The notes below the pieces were generated by a model. That model did not search any database. It had not been told where the DNA came from and saw only the letters and a program-made list of their open reading frames with translations. The position numbers and the translations under genes were made by a program. From NCBI GenBank assembly GCA_965204735.1, contig OZ242008.1, positions 448,001-512,000 on the forward strand: 64,000 nt of DNA. The letters run 5' to 3'. Shown one piece after another: positions 47,196 to 57,678 of the stretch (its first letter is position 1; each line of letters begins with the position of its first letter). The DNA comes from Longimicrobiales bacterium. GTDB lineage: Bacteria > Gemmatimonadota > Gemmatimonadetes > Longimicrobiales > Gaopeijiaceae.

Positions 47196-50100
47196 TCATC
47201 GATCATGGGGTCTCGGGGAGCCGGCGAGGGCTTGGGCAAGCGTGTCGACGAGGGCACCGGCCACTCCCTCCGGTTCCGCCGTCAAGACCTGCCAGCCCGA
47301 TCTCTCGTAGTGCATCCTGTGGTGTTCCTGGTCGGGGAGCAACACCGCGATCCGCCAGCCGGGCCAAGCCAGCTCCGCATGGGCCACGACCTTGCCGGCG
47401 TCGTCGGCCAGCTCGTGGCCGGGTTCGGGAGCGGGAAGGTCGCGTCCGGCAAGCTGGCGCAACAGCGGCCGAAGTTGGGGCGCGACGAAGCGGTGGGCGT
47501 CGTCCTGCGTGGTCTCGGTGTCCGGGCCGTGGTGCGGGTCGTCCTTCGCAAAGTCGCCATCTCGGCCATGAAGGACGTGCGTCGGCGCCAGCTCGGGGTA
47601 GAGGCCGCTGTAGACGCCTGTCCGAGTGGTCCACCAAGCCTGGGGCAGGAACTGGAGGATGTTGAAGAGGCGCAACACGCCGTTCCAGTCGCTACGGTAT
47701 TGCTTCGTCCTTGCGTTCTGGGCGTTGCTCCCGGCGGTGGCATCGGCGTTGGTCTCGGTTCCGGCATTGGCCTCCGCGTCCGCGTCGTCGAAGTGCACGG
47801 CCACGACAACGCCCGCTGGATCGGGGTCTTGGACGGCGGCAAGGGGCAGGGCTGCGAAGAGGGAAGCGGCCGACCGAGGCGCTGCGGGCGTCGCGGTGTT
47901 ACGGGCTGCCGCCGTGCTCGGGCCGTCGCCTGCTCCCGAGACCCACGGCCCGAAGCCGCCGACCACGACAGGCTGGGCAAGGTCGTCCATGGCCTCCCGC
48001 CCTTGGCCGGGCTGGGCAAGGTCGTCCACGGCCTCCAGCGCTTGGCTGGGCAAGGCGTCGCTTGCGGCGGCGTCGAAGCGGGCGCGCAACGTTGGAGTGG
48101 TCATCTGCTCCTGGTCGAAGACCCCGAGCAGCTCGACGAAGACGGCTCGGCGCCACTTCGCGGTATCGGGGTTGGCCAAGTAGTGCAGGAGCAGGTCGAA
48201 CGAGGGCGCGCCCAGCCGCGAGCGAAGCTCCCGCGTGTCCCACTGCGCGTCCCAGCGCTTGTCCAGGGCGGCTTGGACGGCGGTCTGGGTCGTGCCATGG
48301 TCCGCCAAGAAGTTCGGTGCGCGGGGCACGCCCCCGAAGGCGCCCTCCAAGTCGTCCCACGTCAGCGACCACACCAGGAACCCGGCCCGGGCCAAGCTCA
48401 TCCGCTTCGCCGAATCGTCGCCGGTCCGGTCCCGATGGTACTCGAAGCCGTCGAGGAAGACGGCGACGGCGGGCCCGCCCTGCGGCAGTCTGGTCCCCTC
48501 CGACGGCCCCGCGCGCTCCGACGGCCCGGCGCCCGGCCCCCGTTCCGGCCAGATCGCAAAGTCGGGCCTGCTGGGGACCGCCACGCCGTCTCCCATGTCA
48601 AAGTCCACCTGCGGCTCCACGAGATACTTGTTGCCGCCGACCGACAGGGCGTAGCCGGGCTTGCCCCGCACCTGCGCGCTGCCAACCTCGACCGTGGGCG
48701 CATCCGCCGGTGCAGAACCATCCGCCGCTCTGGCGCCGTCCGCCGACGGCTTTGCGGCCCGCTGTCGCAACGCCTCGACGAACCTGTCCTCCAGTTCGCT
48801 CTCGGTCAGGACGTTGGCGGCGACGCCGGTCAGCCCCTCCACGACCTCCAGCTCCGACCAGCGCTCCAGAGTGGCCGCCACCAGCCGTTCGGCCGCCTTG
48901 CGCGACGTGGTGGGCATGTCGCGGCTCCGGCGGTAGGCGAAGACGCAACGGTAGCAGCCGTCCTTCTCCGGGTCCCGGACGCAGGCGCACTCGCGCAACG
49001 CCGCCTGCGCAGCCTCGAAGATCGAGCGCAGCTTGTCGGGGTCGGTCATGCGGTCCTTCAGATAGCCGGTCCCCCCGGGCACGGTGTCGTACAACAGCAA
49101 GTACCTTCGCATTCGACCCGTCTCGGGAATCGGATACGGGCACTCCATCGTGCGCAGGTGTCCGATCTCGCCGCCGAACTTGCGCCGCAGTCCCAAGTCC
49201 AACGCGGCCACGAACGAGTGCATGTTGAGGTCCGGCGTCAGTCCGCCGACTCCGGGCACAAGCATCCGAATCGCCTCCGACTCGAACTCCCGATACAGGT
49301 AGATGCACTCGGCGGTCGCGTCGGCGCCCGAGCCGCCTCCTCGCCGTCGCACCAGCGGACAGGTTCGGGTGTGCACCGTCGCGTCGTTGTCTGCGGACGG
49401 CGGCTGCACCTTGCCGCATCGCCTGCATATGCGGAAGCCGCCCCGAGGAAGTTGCAGACCTGCCACCAGCGTCGGCTCGGTCTGGTCCGCGTGATGGCCG
49501 AAGTTCATCTCCCGGAAGGTCGCCGACGGGATGTACTCGAAGCCGAACGGGGTCCCGGCAGCAACAAAGGCTGTCCTGGCTGCGTCGGGATCGAAGTCGG
49601 CCACCAGGTGACGAGTGTAGAACCTCGGTTGCCGCTGGTCGTTTTCGTCGCCGATGCGGCTCTTCTTGTCTTGCGTCGTGGCGTGCACCATGCGCAGCGG
49701 AAGCATCTCCCTGCGCTGCCCCACGTCGCCCCACCGGGACTCGCCGCAACGAGGGCACAGCGTGCGGCCGTCCACCGAGTCCACGCGCTCGCAGTAGACG
49801 CAAGCCGGACAAAGCCGCCACTGCTCCAGCTTCGACGTCTCCAGGTCCACCCGGTCTATGTTCACCCGGCGCGCGCCGGCGTAGAAGCTGTTCTCCGGGG
49901 CAAGCTCGCTCAACGCGGCCGCCGCCGGCCGTTCGTACTCGAACACCTCGTGGTCGGACCGGAGGCCCGCCTTGCCGTCGCTTCCGTCGCCCCTGTCGAT
50001 CTTGCGCAAGATCACCGAGCGGAGCATGACGCCCTTCTCCGGGAAGGCGTAGTTGGGGACCAGCCCCTCGTCCGTGAGGAAGTTGTACGTCTCGCGGTCG

Positions 50101-53100
50101 TTGATCTTGCGCAAAACGCCTTGAAGCCCGCGCCGCTCGCCTTCGACCTCGTTGATCTCGGCCTTTGTGCTTTCGTCCTGCGGACCCCGCTTCAGCGCCC
50201 CGGCGCGCCTCTGCAACGCCTGAGCCTCGCGGCGAATCGACTTGCGCTCCCTGGCCACCTCGGCGAAGCGGTCCAGAAGGCGATGAACGAGCGGCCGGCG
50301 GTGAAGCCGGGAGCCGGCAACCGCTTCGGCGTCGGCGCCGGCTTCGGCCGTGTTCGAGTCGGGGACGTCGCCGAGCACGAACTTCGACAGCGCCTTCTTG
50401 TTGGCATCGCTCAAGTCCTTGTCGAACGCGGCCAAGAACGACGCGGCAAGCTCGCGGGCATGTTCGCCCACGAAGTCGAAGAACGGATACGGAAACCGAG
50501 ACAACCTCTTCCGCTCCACGTTGGCGAGCACCTCGCGCATCGTCTTGGGCACGGCGCGCTCGTCCACGCCCGAGGCTGCCCAGCTGTCCAGGCAGTACGC
50601 GATCATCTGCCTTTCCAGCACGGCGGTCGCGTTCAGGAAGACGCCGGGCGGCTCGACCTTGCCGGCCAGCATGTCCAAGGGCTGTTCGTAGTAGTAGAGG
50701 TCGTGGGGCCGTCCGGCGGCCAGGGACAAGTTGAAGGCGTTGCCGTCGCGTCGCCCCGCTCGACCCGTCCGCTGCACGTAGTTGGCGGGCTCCGGAGGGA
50801 CCGAGCAGAGCATGACCGTGGAGAGGTCGCCGATGTCGATCCCCAGCTCAAGCGTGGGCGTTGCCGACAAGACGTTGGGGCTCCAAGGTCGGTAGCCCTT
50901 CGTCGCGAACCGCTTCTCAAGGTGTTCGCGTTCTTTGCGCGGCAAGAGCGCCGTGTGCTCGGCGGCGACGATGCGGCGGACCTGCATGTCGCGGTAGAGG
51001 CGCCCGAACCAAGTGGGGCGAGCGACTTCGCGACGGTCGTACGCGCCTGGGGCTGGCAAGTCGAGGCTCGGCACGCCCTGCCACAGCTTCGCCTCCCGAC
51101 GGGGGACGACCAGCGGGCGGCCCGCGCCGCTTCGCACCTCGGCAACCTCCGTGGCGACGTAGAGGCGGTCGGGCGCCAAGCCCCATGCGTGTTGTCCCTT
51201 GCCGATCTCCGCCTTCTGCACAAGTCCCGCGGCGTCCATCGCCCGGAGCACGATCTCGAGCACGACATCGGAATCGTGGACTGCCAGGGCCAGGTCTGCG
51301 TGGTCCAGAACCTTCCGCGTCCACTTCTGATACCAGGACTTGCCCTTGCTGCCGGAGCCACGCAGTGCTTCCACGCCCGACTTGCCCGTGGCCTTGGTTC
51401 CGGGGAAGACGGGCACCGTGGAGCGGTCCGTTCCGAAGTCGGGCAAGGCGTTGTCGCTTCGCAGCACGAAGGGGTTGCCTCCGCTGGCCAAGTAGCCGGT
51501 CGTCAGATCGGTCAGGATCGCGCCCCGGTCCTTCATGCGCCGGACGATGCCGAGCACCAGCCAGCGGGCCGTTTCGCCGGGGGCAGTGCGCATGTCCTCG
51601 AGCTCTTCGCGAAGCCGAACCGTCGCTGTCTTGCAGGCTTTGTCCAGCGTGGCGCGGTCCACGCCCACGGCGGCAGTCCGCGTATTCTCCAGCGTTCGTC
51701 CGATGGCGGAGCGCTGGCCGAACTCGGCGAGGGTGTTCCACCGCATTCGCCGCTCCACAAGCGCCGGCAGCTTCGAGTTCCGGGGCAAGCGGCCGGTTTC
51801 CTCCAGCTTGCGAAAGTCGTTGAGCCATCGGCGGTCGGGAGCGATGAACTCGCCCACGAAGCGCGCCAAGTCCGGTGTGGTGTCGTCGTCGCCGCTTGCG
51901 TTCCGCCAGTGGTTGCGCCAGCGAGCGACGACCTGTTCGGACAGCTCCTTCAGCGACGAGCCGTCGTGCGCGGCGACGGTCTGGGCGATCGCCGCCCGCA
52001 TGTTGGCGCTCCACGTTCGGGCCGACACGAAGCCGGCGCGGTGAGCGGCGTCCTGCACATTGTCGGAGAACGCGATCACCTTCGGGTCGTCGTTGTGGCG
52101 CGACGACACCGTCTGGTTGAGCGCAACGGCGAGCAGGCTGGCGGCCCGGGCGCCCAAGACCACCATGGCGTCCCGAGCGTTGCAGTACGGACAGTCCTTG
52201 GAGAGCCTGGGCTTGGCACCTCTCGACGAAGCGCGCCGCTGCGTCACGACCACTGGCCTGTAGACCTTGACCAGCGCGTTGCCGGGGCAGGTGCAGATGT
52301 CGTTGGGCTTGCTGGAATCGGCGTGGGCGCTGGGGTCGGCGGGGTCGTCGGCCTCGTCGCGGTCGCCGGCATCGTTCGCCAAGACGCCGCACGTCCCGCA
52401 CAGCAGCGAGCGCACGGCTTTGCCGGGGTCCGTGCTCTCCGATGCACTTGTCGGGCCGTCGGCCCCAGCTCTTGGGAAGAGGAAGACCGCATCGACGTCG
52501 CCGCCGAAGAACGCGCCGTAGATGTCCTTCAATCCGTCCTTCACGCGGGGCGACAAGACCTTGGGTCTGGCGCCTCTCGTCGCGGGAAGCTTGGTGACCC
52601 ACCCCGTGACGCGGCACTCCCTGCATTGGACCAGCGGCAGGTGCACGAACAGCTCGTCGGCCTTCAGGTCGTCGGAGTGGCGCAGGCGGAACCGCGAGCC
52701 GTTCTTGTCGCCGACGTAGCTGTCGCCGACGTTGCTGTCGCCCACGCTGCACACCATGCGCCGCAGCTCGCGCACCCACAGGTGCACGCCGACGTGCAGG
52801 AAGGGCAGCGGCGCCTCGTTGCCGTCGTCGCTCGGGGCCGGCCGCCGACGGGACGCCGAGATCAACGCGCACAACCCGTTCAGCACGCCGAGGGCTTCCT
52901 TGTCGTTGGAGACGGGCAAGCTGCCCTGCAACCGCTTCGCCAGCTCGGGCAATGGCTGGGGACGACCGTCCAGCGCGCGCAGCAAGTTCACGAAGACGAC
53001 GTGCTGCCGCAGCCCTTCGCCCAGCGCCACCCGCCACTCCGCGGCCTTGAAGTCCCCCTCGATAGGCGTCCCCAGAAAGAGCTCGTGCTGTGCGCGAAGG

Positions 53101-54092
53101 TACGCCTCCGCCGTGGCGTAGCGGCGAGCGTCCACGACCTTGGCCAACTCCTGGGTGGGCAGCAGGTGGCGGCGGATCAGCGCGTCGCCCAGAAAGGCGT
53201 CGATCGTTTGGCGCGCTTCGCCGACGATCGATTCCGCGTCGAACTCCTGGTCGAAGATGCGCGACGCGTACTCCCGAGGGTCGCCGCCCAGCGTCGCCGA
53301 CGTGCCGGCGCACACCAGCTTCTCCGCCGGCGTGCCCAGCCGCATTCGCAGGCGACGGATCAGGCACGCCAAATCCGTGCCCTGGGCGCCGTCGAAGGTG
53401 TGGAGCTCGTCCACGACCAGGTACCGCAGCGTGTCGGGCTGGTTGTGGCGCCAGAGCCGCCGGTCTCGGGGCCGGATCATCAGGTAGTCCAGCATCTTGT
53501 AGTTGGTGAGCAGGATGTCCGGCGGGCGTTCGCGCATCGCCTTGCGATCCGTGATCACGGTGTCCGGTCCCATCCGGTTGCGGGGCGACCCCACGGCTTG
53601 TCCGATGAAAAGCCCGGCCGTCACCCGGCCCCGCAGCGACGGCGTGTCGTGGACGATCCGCGCGATGCGCCGCGCCTGGTCCGACGCCAAGGCGTTCATG
53701 GGGTAGACGACGACCGCCTTGACGCCCGGCTTGCCCGCCTGCCGACGACAGTGCTCCAGCACCGGGTACAGGAAGCACTCGGTCTTACCGGAACCCGTCC
53801 CTGTTGCGATCACCGTGGAGCGCCCCGCGTCCGGCGACAGCCGCTCCATCGCCGCGCGCTGGTGCTTGTATGGCGTGAAACCCAGCGGGATGTGCGGGAA
53901 CGGCTCGCCGCCCTCCGCAGCATGCTCGAAGGGAAGCGCGATCGACAGGTACGGCCCCTTGGCCAAGTTGTCCGGGTCGGCCAGAAAGTCGTCCACGACC
54001 CCGGAGAGCTCGGGGTTGGAGGGTCCGAATCCGGTTTTGAGGAAGTCGTGGAGGGCGACGAGGGCTTCGGACGCGACGACGGTGGGGATCAT
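47196..54092 (-). CDS. Large DEAD/DEAH-box helicase with Zn-finger inserts, DUF1998 and C-terminal restriction-endonuclease-like domain
   Basis: TGTGSGKTE, YPMNALA, DELH, SAT, ATPTLELGIDIG, QRTGRAGR; LYDTVPGGTGYL..CAC..GCYRC (DUF1998); RPDF..VFLDGFEYH. Confidence 0.9.
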   Translation of the reverse strand: MIPTVVASEALVALHDFLKTGFGPSNPELSGVVDDFLADPDNLAKGPYLSIALPFEHAAEGGEPFPHIPLGFTPYKHQRAAMERLSPDAGRSTVIATGTGSGKTECFLYPVLEHCRRQAGKPGVKAVVVYPMNALASDQARRIARIVHDTPSLRGRVTAGLFIGQAVGSPRNRMGPDTVITDRKAMRERPPDILLTNYKMLDYLMIRPRDRRLWRHNQPDTLRYLVVDELHTFDGAQGTDLACLIRRLRMRLGTPAEKLVCAGTSATLGGDPREYASRIFDQEFDAESIVGEARQTIDAFLGDALIRRHLLPTQELAKVVDARRYATAEAYLRAQHELFLGTPIEGDFKAAEWRVALGEGLRQHVVFVNLLRALDGRPQPLPELAKRLQGSLPVSNDKEALGVLNGLCALISASRRRPAPSDDGNEAPLPFLHVGVHLWVRELRRMVCSVGDSNVGDSYVGDKNGSRFRLRHSDDLKADELFVHLPLVQCRECRVTGWVTKLPATRGARPKVLSPRVKDGLKDIYGAFFGGDVDAVFLFPRAGADGPTSASESTDPGKAVRSLLCGTCGVLANDAGDRDEADDPADPSAHADSSKPNDICTCPGNALVKVYRPVVVTQRRASSRGAKPRLSKDCPYCNARDAMVVLGARAASLLAVALNQTVSSRHNDDPKVIAFSDNVQDAAHRAGFVSARTWSANMRAAIAQTVAAHDGSSLKELSEQVVARWRNHWRNASGDDDTTPDLARFVGEFIAPDRRWLNDFRKLEETGRLPRNSKLPALVERRMRWNTLAEFGQRSAIGRTLENTRTAAVGVDRATLDKACKTATVRLREELEDMRTAPGETARWLVLGIVRRMKDRGAILTDLTTGYLASGGNPFVLRSDNALPDFGTDRSTVPVFPGTKATGKSGVEALRGSGSKGKSWYQKWTRKVLDHADLALAVHDSDVVLEIVLRAMDAAGLVQKAEIGKGQHAWGLAPDRLYVATEVAEVRSGAGRPLVVPRREAKLWQGVPSLDLPAPGAYDRREVARPTWFGRLYRDMQVRRIVAAEHTALLPRKEREHLEKRFATKGYRPWSPNVLSATPTLELGIDIGDLSTVMLCSVPPEPANYVQRTGRAGRRDGNAFNLSLAAGRPHDLYYYEQPLDMLAGKVEPPGVFLNATAVLERQMIAYCLDSWAASGVDERAVPKTMREVLANVERKRLSRFPYPFFDFVGEHARELAASFLAAFDKDLSDANKKALSKFVLGDVPDSNTAEAGADAEAVAGSRLHRRPLVHRLLDRFAEVARERKSIRREAQALQRRAGALKRGPQDESTKAEINEVEGERRGLQGVLRKINDRETYNFLTDEGLVPNYAFPEKGVMLRSVILRKIDRGDGSDGKAGLRSDHEVFEYERPAAAALSELAPENSFYAGARRVNIDRVDLETSKLEQWRLCPACVYCERVDSVDGRTLCPRCGESRWGDVGQRREMLPLRMVHATTQDKKSRIGDENDQRQPRFYTRHLVADFDPDAARTAFVAAGTPFGFEYIPSATFREMNFGHHADQTEPTLVAGLQLPRGGFRICRRCGKVQPPSADNDATVHTRTCPLVRRRGGGSGADATAECIYLYREFESEAIRMLVPGVGGLTPDLNMHSFVAALDLGLRRKFGGEIGHLRTMECPYPIPETGRMRRYLLLYDTVPGGTGYLKDRMTDPDKLRSIFEAAQAALRECACVRDPEKDGCYRCVFAYRRSRDMPTTSRKAAERLVAATLERWSELEVVEGLTGVAANVLTESELEDRFVEALRQRAAKPSADGARAADGSAPADAPTVEVGSAQVRGKPGYALSVGGNKYLVEPQVDFDMGDGVAVPSRPDFAIWPERGPGAGPSERAGPSEGTRLPQGGPAVAVFLDGFEYHRDRTGDDSAKRMSLARAGFLVWSLTWDDLEGAFGGVPRAPNFLADHGTTQTAVQAALDKRWDAQWDTRELRSRLGAPSFDLLLHYLANPDTAKWRRAVFVELLGVFDQEQMTTPTLRARFDAAASDALPSQALEAVDDLAQPGQGREAMDDLAQPVVVGGFGPWVSGAGDGPSTAAARNTATPAAPRSAASLFAALPLAAVQDPDPAGVVVAVHFDDADAEANAGTETNADATAGSNAQNARTKQYRSDWNGVLRLFNILQFLPQAWWTTRTGVYSGLYPELAPTHVLHGRDGDFAKDDPHHGPDTETTQDDAHRFVAPQLRPLLRQLAGRDLPAPEPGHELADDAGKVVAHAELAWPGWRIAVLLPDQEHHRMHYERSGWQVLTAEPEGVAGALVDTLAQALAGSPRPHDR

Positions 54093-54105
54093 GGAGCGAG
54101 CTGCT

Positions 54106-55062
54106 TCATAGCGGCGCTCTTTTCCCCAGCAAGCCTTGCTTCCATAGTGCGCCCAGCGAGTCTCCGTGCTTGATCAGGTCGCGGAGCAGCTGGGACTCGC
54201 CCGCAGCGTGGGCGACGGAAAAGCCCTCGTTCTTGACCAGCCAGTATACTTCGTCAAGCTCCACGCCATCGAGAAAATCCGGCGAGTACGTTGATATGAA
54301 GACCTGCCCTCCGTTCCTTGCGTACAAGCGAAACTCTTCCGACAGCTCGCGCAACCGATCGGGATACGGCTGGCTCTCGGGCCTTTCCATGACTAGCAAC
54401 GGATGCGGCTTCGAGTCGTGTTTCGCGAACCAGGCTTCAACGCCCGAGCGAGCCTCCAACATGGGAGAATCCGATATGCGCCAGTTGTCGATCACGCGTC
54501 GAAGCTGGGCGACCACTCGAAACTTCTCGAGCTGGCCAAGGGCGGCGATCGCAAGGACATTGGGGCTTGTGAGCGTGTACTCTTCCCACTCCTGCTGAAC
54601 ACCTGTGCGGTCCCACTCCGCCTCGTTCGTGATGGCCTTGCCGGAGCCGCGACGGAAGTCGACGAAGTGCCATGGCCTATCGTACTCGCCTCTTCGACAG
54701 CGAAGCACTTCCCGGTCTACGACGGTTCCCTCGGATTCGTCGAGGCCCACGGACAGCATGTACGTTGCCTGTCGCCCCGTGCGCTCTCCAAACTTGATCT
54801 CGATCTCGATAGGACCGTTCTGGCCACGGCTCACGAGATTACGGAAGCCTCCACGCCAGGAAACAGCAAACTCGACACCGTGATTGAGCGCGTCTTGAAG
54901 GAACGAAAACACGTCGAAGAGCGTGCTCTTCCCGGTCCCGTTCGCACCGATGACGACCACTAGCCTTGGCAGGCCGGAGAGGGTGACATCCTTGAACAAG
55001 CGGTAGTTCTTGATGTCGATCTGTTTGATTCGCACTTTGGTTGCCCCTGTGTCTTCTATCAT
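54106..55062 (-). pseudogene. AAA_21-type ABC ATPase, internally deleted and degenerate
   Basis: IKNYRLF and GANGTGKST are intact. No SDG signature region; Walker B reads LLVMERPE; H-loop reads ISTYS. Confidence 0.65.
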
Positions 55063-55482
55063 CGAACGGATCGTTCTGCCGCGCGACCTTGTGTGACCTC
55101 GGAACGCCGTCTGAAGGTGGGCATGACGACGGGCGTAGCGCAACCATGGAAGGATGGACAGGCTTGGAGCCAAGTCCCCGGGCGGTCCCGTCTGGGCAAC
55201 CCACTCGCATGGTCGGCTCTGCCCAAAATCCGACATGAGATTTCGGGGCCATAGAATGTCCAAGCCGATGTCCCATTTTTAGGTCACGAGTGTCCAGTGA
55301 CCTTCGGGACCTTGGGCGGCTCCGGTCCCTGGTCCGCCAGATCGGCCCGGAGTACCCTGTTGACCGCCCCGTTACGTTCCTTCCCCGATCTTCCGACCGG
55401 CGCATGGCACGCTGGCCTCCTGGGTGTGTCCAGCTCCGCCCGGACGGAGCACGCAGCCAACCAAGCGAAGAGGCGGACACCC

Positions 55483-57678
55483 GTGGCCATCGCTATCATC
55501 CGCGGCACCAGCGACAAGCCAGCCACCAGCGACCTGCTGTGCGCGACGGTCGACAATTGGGCGCACGCCTGTCCCGTTGCGTCCGGCAAACTGTATATCG
55601 GCTACCCGGTCATACCGACTCCTGGCGGCCCAAGGCGGATCGACGCCCTCCTGGCCTCCGAGACCTACGGGCTTGTCGCGATCGACCTTGTTCAAGACGA
55701 CTGCATAGCGGGCTACCAAGCGAGACAGGACGACTTTGCGAACGCCATCCAGTCCAAGCTCTGGACCCAAAGCAACCTGGTACGGAGGAGCAACGGGCGA
55801 CGGGAGCTCGTAGTCCCGGTGCATTCAGTCTCGTTTGCTCCTGCTGTCTCCAAGCCGCCCGATGACGGAGACTACCCCGTCGTCGACGAGAGCACGTTGG
55901 GCGGCTTTCTCGACGCCCTCGACGGATCGGCCTCCGAGCGGGACGCGTCGTCCCGTCTTCGTCGCCGAGATGCGTTTGCATCCGCCGTCTCGCTGCTGGA
56001 GTCCATGTCGGCTGTTCGCCAGTCTCGCGTGTCCAGGCCGCCGACTACGCCGCAGTCCCGCGGTGCGAAGTTGCGCGATCTCGAACGGAAGGTGGCGATC
56101 CTTGACCACCAGCAGGCCCGGGCCGCGATCGAGATGGCCGACGGCGTGCAGCGGCTGAGGGGTCTGGCGGGATCGGGAAAGACCGTCGTCCTGGCCTGGA
56201 AGGCCGCTTATCTCCACGCCATGCATCCGGATTGGCGCATCGCCGTAACCTTCTCCACGCGTTCCGTGAAGGAGTCCTTCCGCCACCTTGTCGCCAGGTT
56301 CCACGTCTCCCAGACGACCGAGATCCCGGACTGGGACAAGCTTCGGATCGCACATGCATGGGGCGGTCGCGGAGGTCCCGAGGACAGTGGCATCTACCGA
56401 GACTTCTGCGTCGCAAACGGCGCGACGTACCTGGACTTCGCTGCCGCGAGTTCTCTGGCCGGGCCGTCAAGGGCGTTCCATGCAGCCTGTCGTCAAGCCC
56501 TTGAAGAAGTGGAGACGCCGAAAGCGTCGTTCGACGCCATTCTCATCGACGAGGCTCACGACCTGCCGCCCGAGTTCCTTGCCATCTGCTACCGTTCTCT
56601 GACGACGGAGAAGCGCTTGGTCTATGCCTACGATGAACTACAGAACTTGGGTTCCGCCCCTGTGAAGGCCCCTTGCGACATCTTCGGCCCTGACGTCCGT
56701 TGGGACGAGGACGTAGCCGAAAGCGACATCGTATTGCCCAGATGCTATCGCAACTCTCGGCCGATCCTGACGACTGCTCACACCCTCGGTTTCGGCATTC
56801 ACCGGAAGGCCGGCGACGGAGAGAGCAGCGGTCTTGTCCAGATGTTCGATGATGTTCGAATGTGGCGGGGCGTCGGCTACGAGGCGCCTGATGGCGCGAT
56901 TCGCGAGGGCGCGCCGGTCGTGCTCCGTCGGACGGACGTGACAAGCCCACGGTTTCTTGAGGATCATTCTCCTGTCGATGATCTCGTGGTGTTCAAGGCG
57001 TTCTCCGATGCCAATGAACAAGACCAATGGCTCGTGGAGCAGATTTGCAAGAACTTGAACCAGGAGGAACTGCGTCCCGAGGACATCGTTGTAGTCAATC
57101 CCGATCCGGCGTCGACGCTCAGGATGACGGCTTCGATCAGGGCAGGACTGCTCGAGAAGGGCATCCATAATCACCTAGCAGGCATGAGCGCGAAGGCCGA
57201 CGAGTTTCGCCGGGACGGCTCCGTGACCTTCACTGGAATACACGGTGCCAAAGGCCACGAAGCCGGAATGTTGTATGTCGTCAATGCGGACGCCTGCTAT
57301 TCTGCACCTCATGGTCTAGCCCGCTTGCGGAACGTGCTTTTCTCTGCGATAACAAGAAGCAAGGCATGGGTGCGCGTCTGCGGCGTCGGCGAACCCATGG
57401 AAGAACTGGCCAAGGAACACGCCTCGCTGAAAGACGATGACTACAAGCTCCGGTTTCGGTATCCGACAAAGGAGGAATTGACGATGATGAAATCGCTCCA
57501 TCAAGATAATCGCGGTGACGAGACCACATTGATCGACCATCACAAGACCAATCTGCGGCGATTGATGGACGATATCGAGAACAAGCAAGTGTATGTCGAG
57601 GACATCGCGGAACTCAAGCCGGCGTTGTGGCAGCTGTTGACCGTTAGAGAAGGAACGCGGCGCCGTGGCGATCGCTGA
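55483..57678 (+). CDS. Superfamily I DNA/RNA helicase (Helicase-DUF2290 system)
   Basis: GLAGSGKT, LIDEAHD, AYDELQ, CYRN, GIHGAKGHEA, FSAITRSK. Coupled to DUF2290. Confidence 0.88.
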   Translation: MAIAIIRGTSDKPATSDLLCATVDNWAHACPVASGKLYIGYPVIPTPGGPRRIDALLASETYGLVAIDLVQDDCIAGYQARQDDFANAIQSKLWTQSNLVRRSNGRRELVVPVHSVSFAPAVSKPPDDGDYPVVDESTLGGFLDALDGSASERDASSRLRRRDAFASAVSLLESMSAVRQSRVSRPPTTPQSRGAKLRDLERKVAILDHQQARAAIEMADGVQRLRGLAGSGKTVVLAWKAAYLHAMHPDWRIAVTFSTRSVKESFRHLVARFHVSQTTEIPDWDKLRIAHAWGGRGGPEDSGIYRDFCVANGATYLDFAAASSLAGPSRAFHAACRQALEEVETPKASFDAILIDEAHDLPPEFLAICYRSLTTEKRLVYAYDELQNLGSAPVKAPCDIFGPDVRWDEDVAESDIVLPRCYRNSRPILTTAHTLGFGIHRKAGDGESSGLVQMFDDVRMWRGVGYEAPDGAIREGAPVVLRRTDVTSPRFLEDHSPVDDLVVFKAFSDANEQDQWLVEQICKNLNQEELRPEDIVVVNPDPASTLRMTASIRAGLLEKGIHNHLAGMSAKADEFRRDGSVTFTGIHGAKGHEAGMLYVVNADACYSAPHGLARLRNVLFSAITRSKAWVRVCGVGEPMEELAKEHASLKDDDYKLRFRYPTKEELTMMKSLHQDNRGDETTLIDHHKTNLRRLMDDIENKQVYVEDIAELKPALWQLLTVREGTRRRGDR

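Noticed and set aside
43251..54092. Naming the block DISARM, Druantia or Gabija outright
   Set aside because: Required partner genes are missing or the architecture differs; cannot be assigned without HMM searches.
47076..54173. 2365-aa plus-strand ORF
   Set aside because: Antisense shadow of the DUF1998 helicase.
55284..55400. Possible tyrosine-recombinase remnant (minus strand AVNRVLR...VTGHS*)
   Set aside because: Too short; the HxxR motif is incomplete and similarity could be chance.
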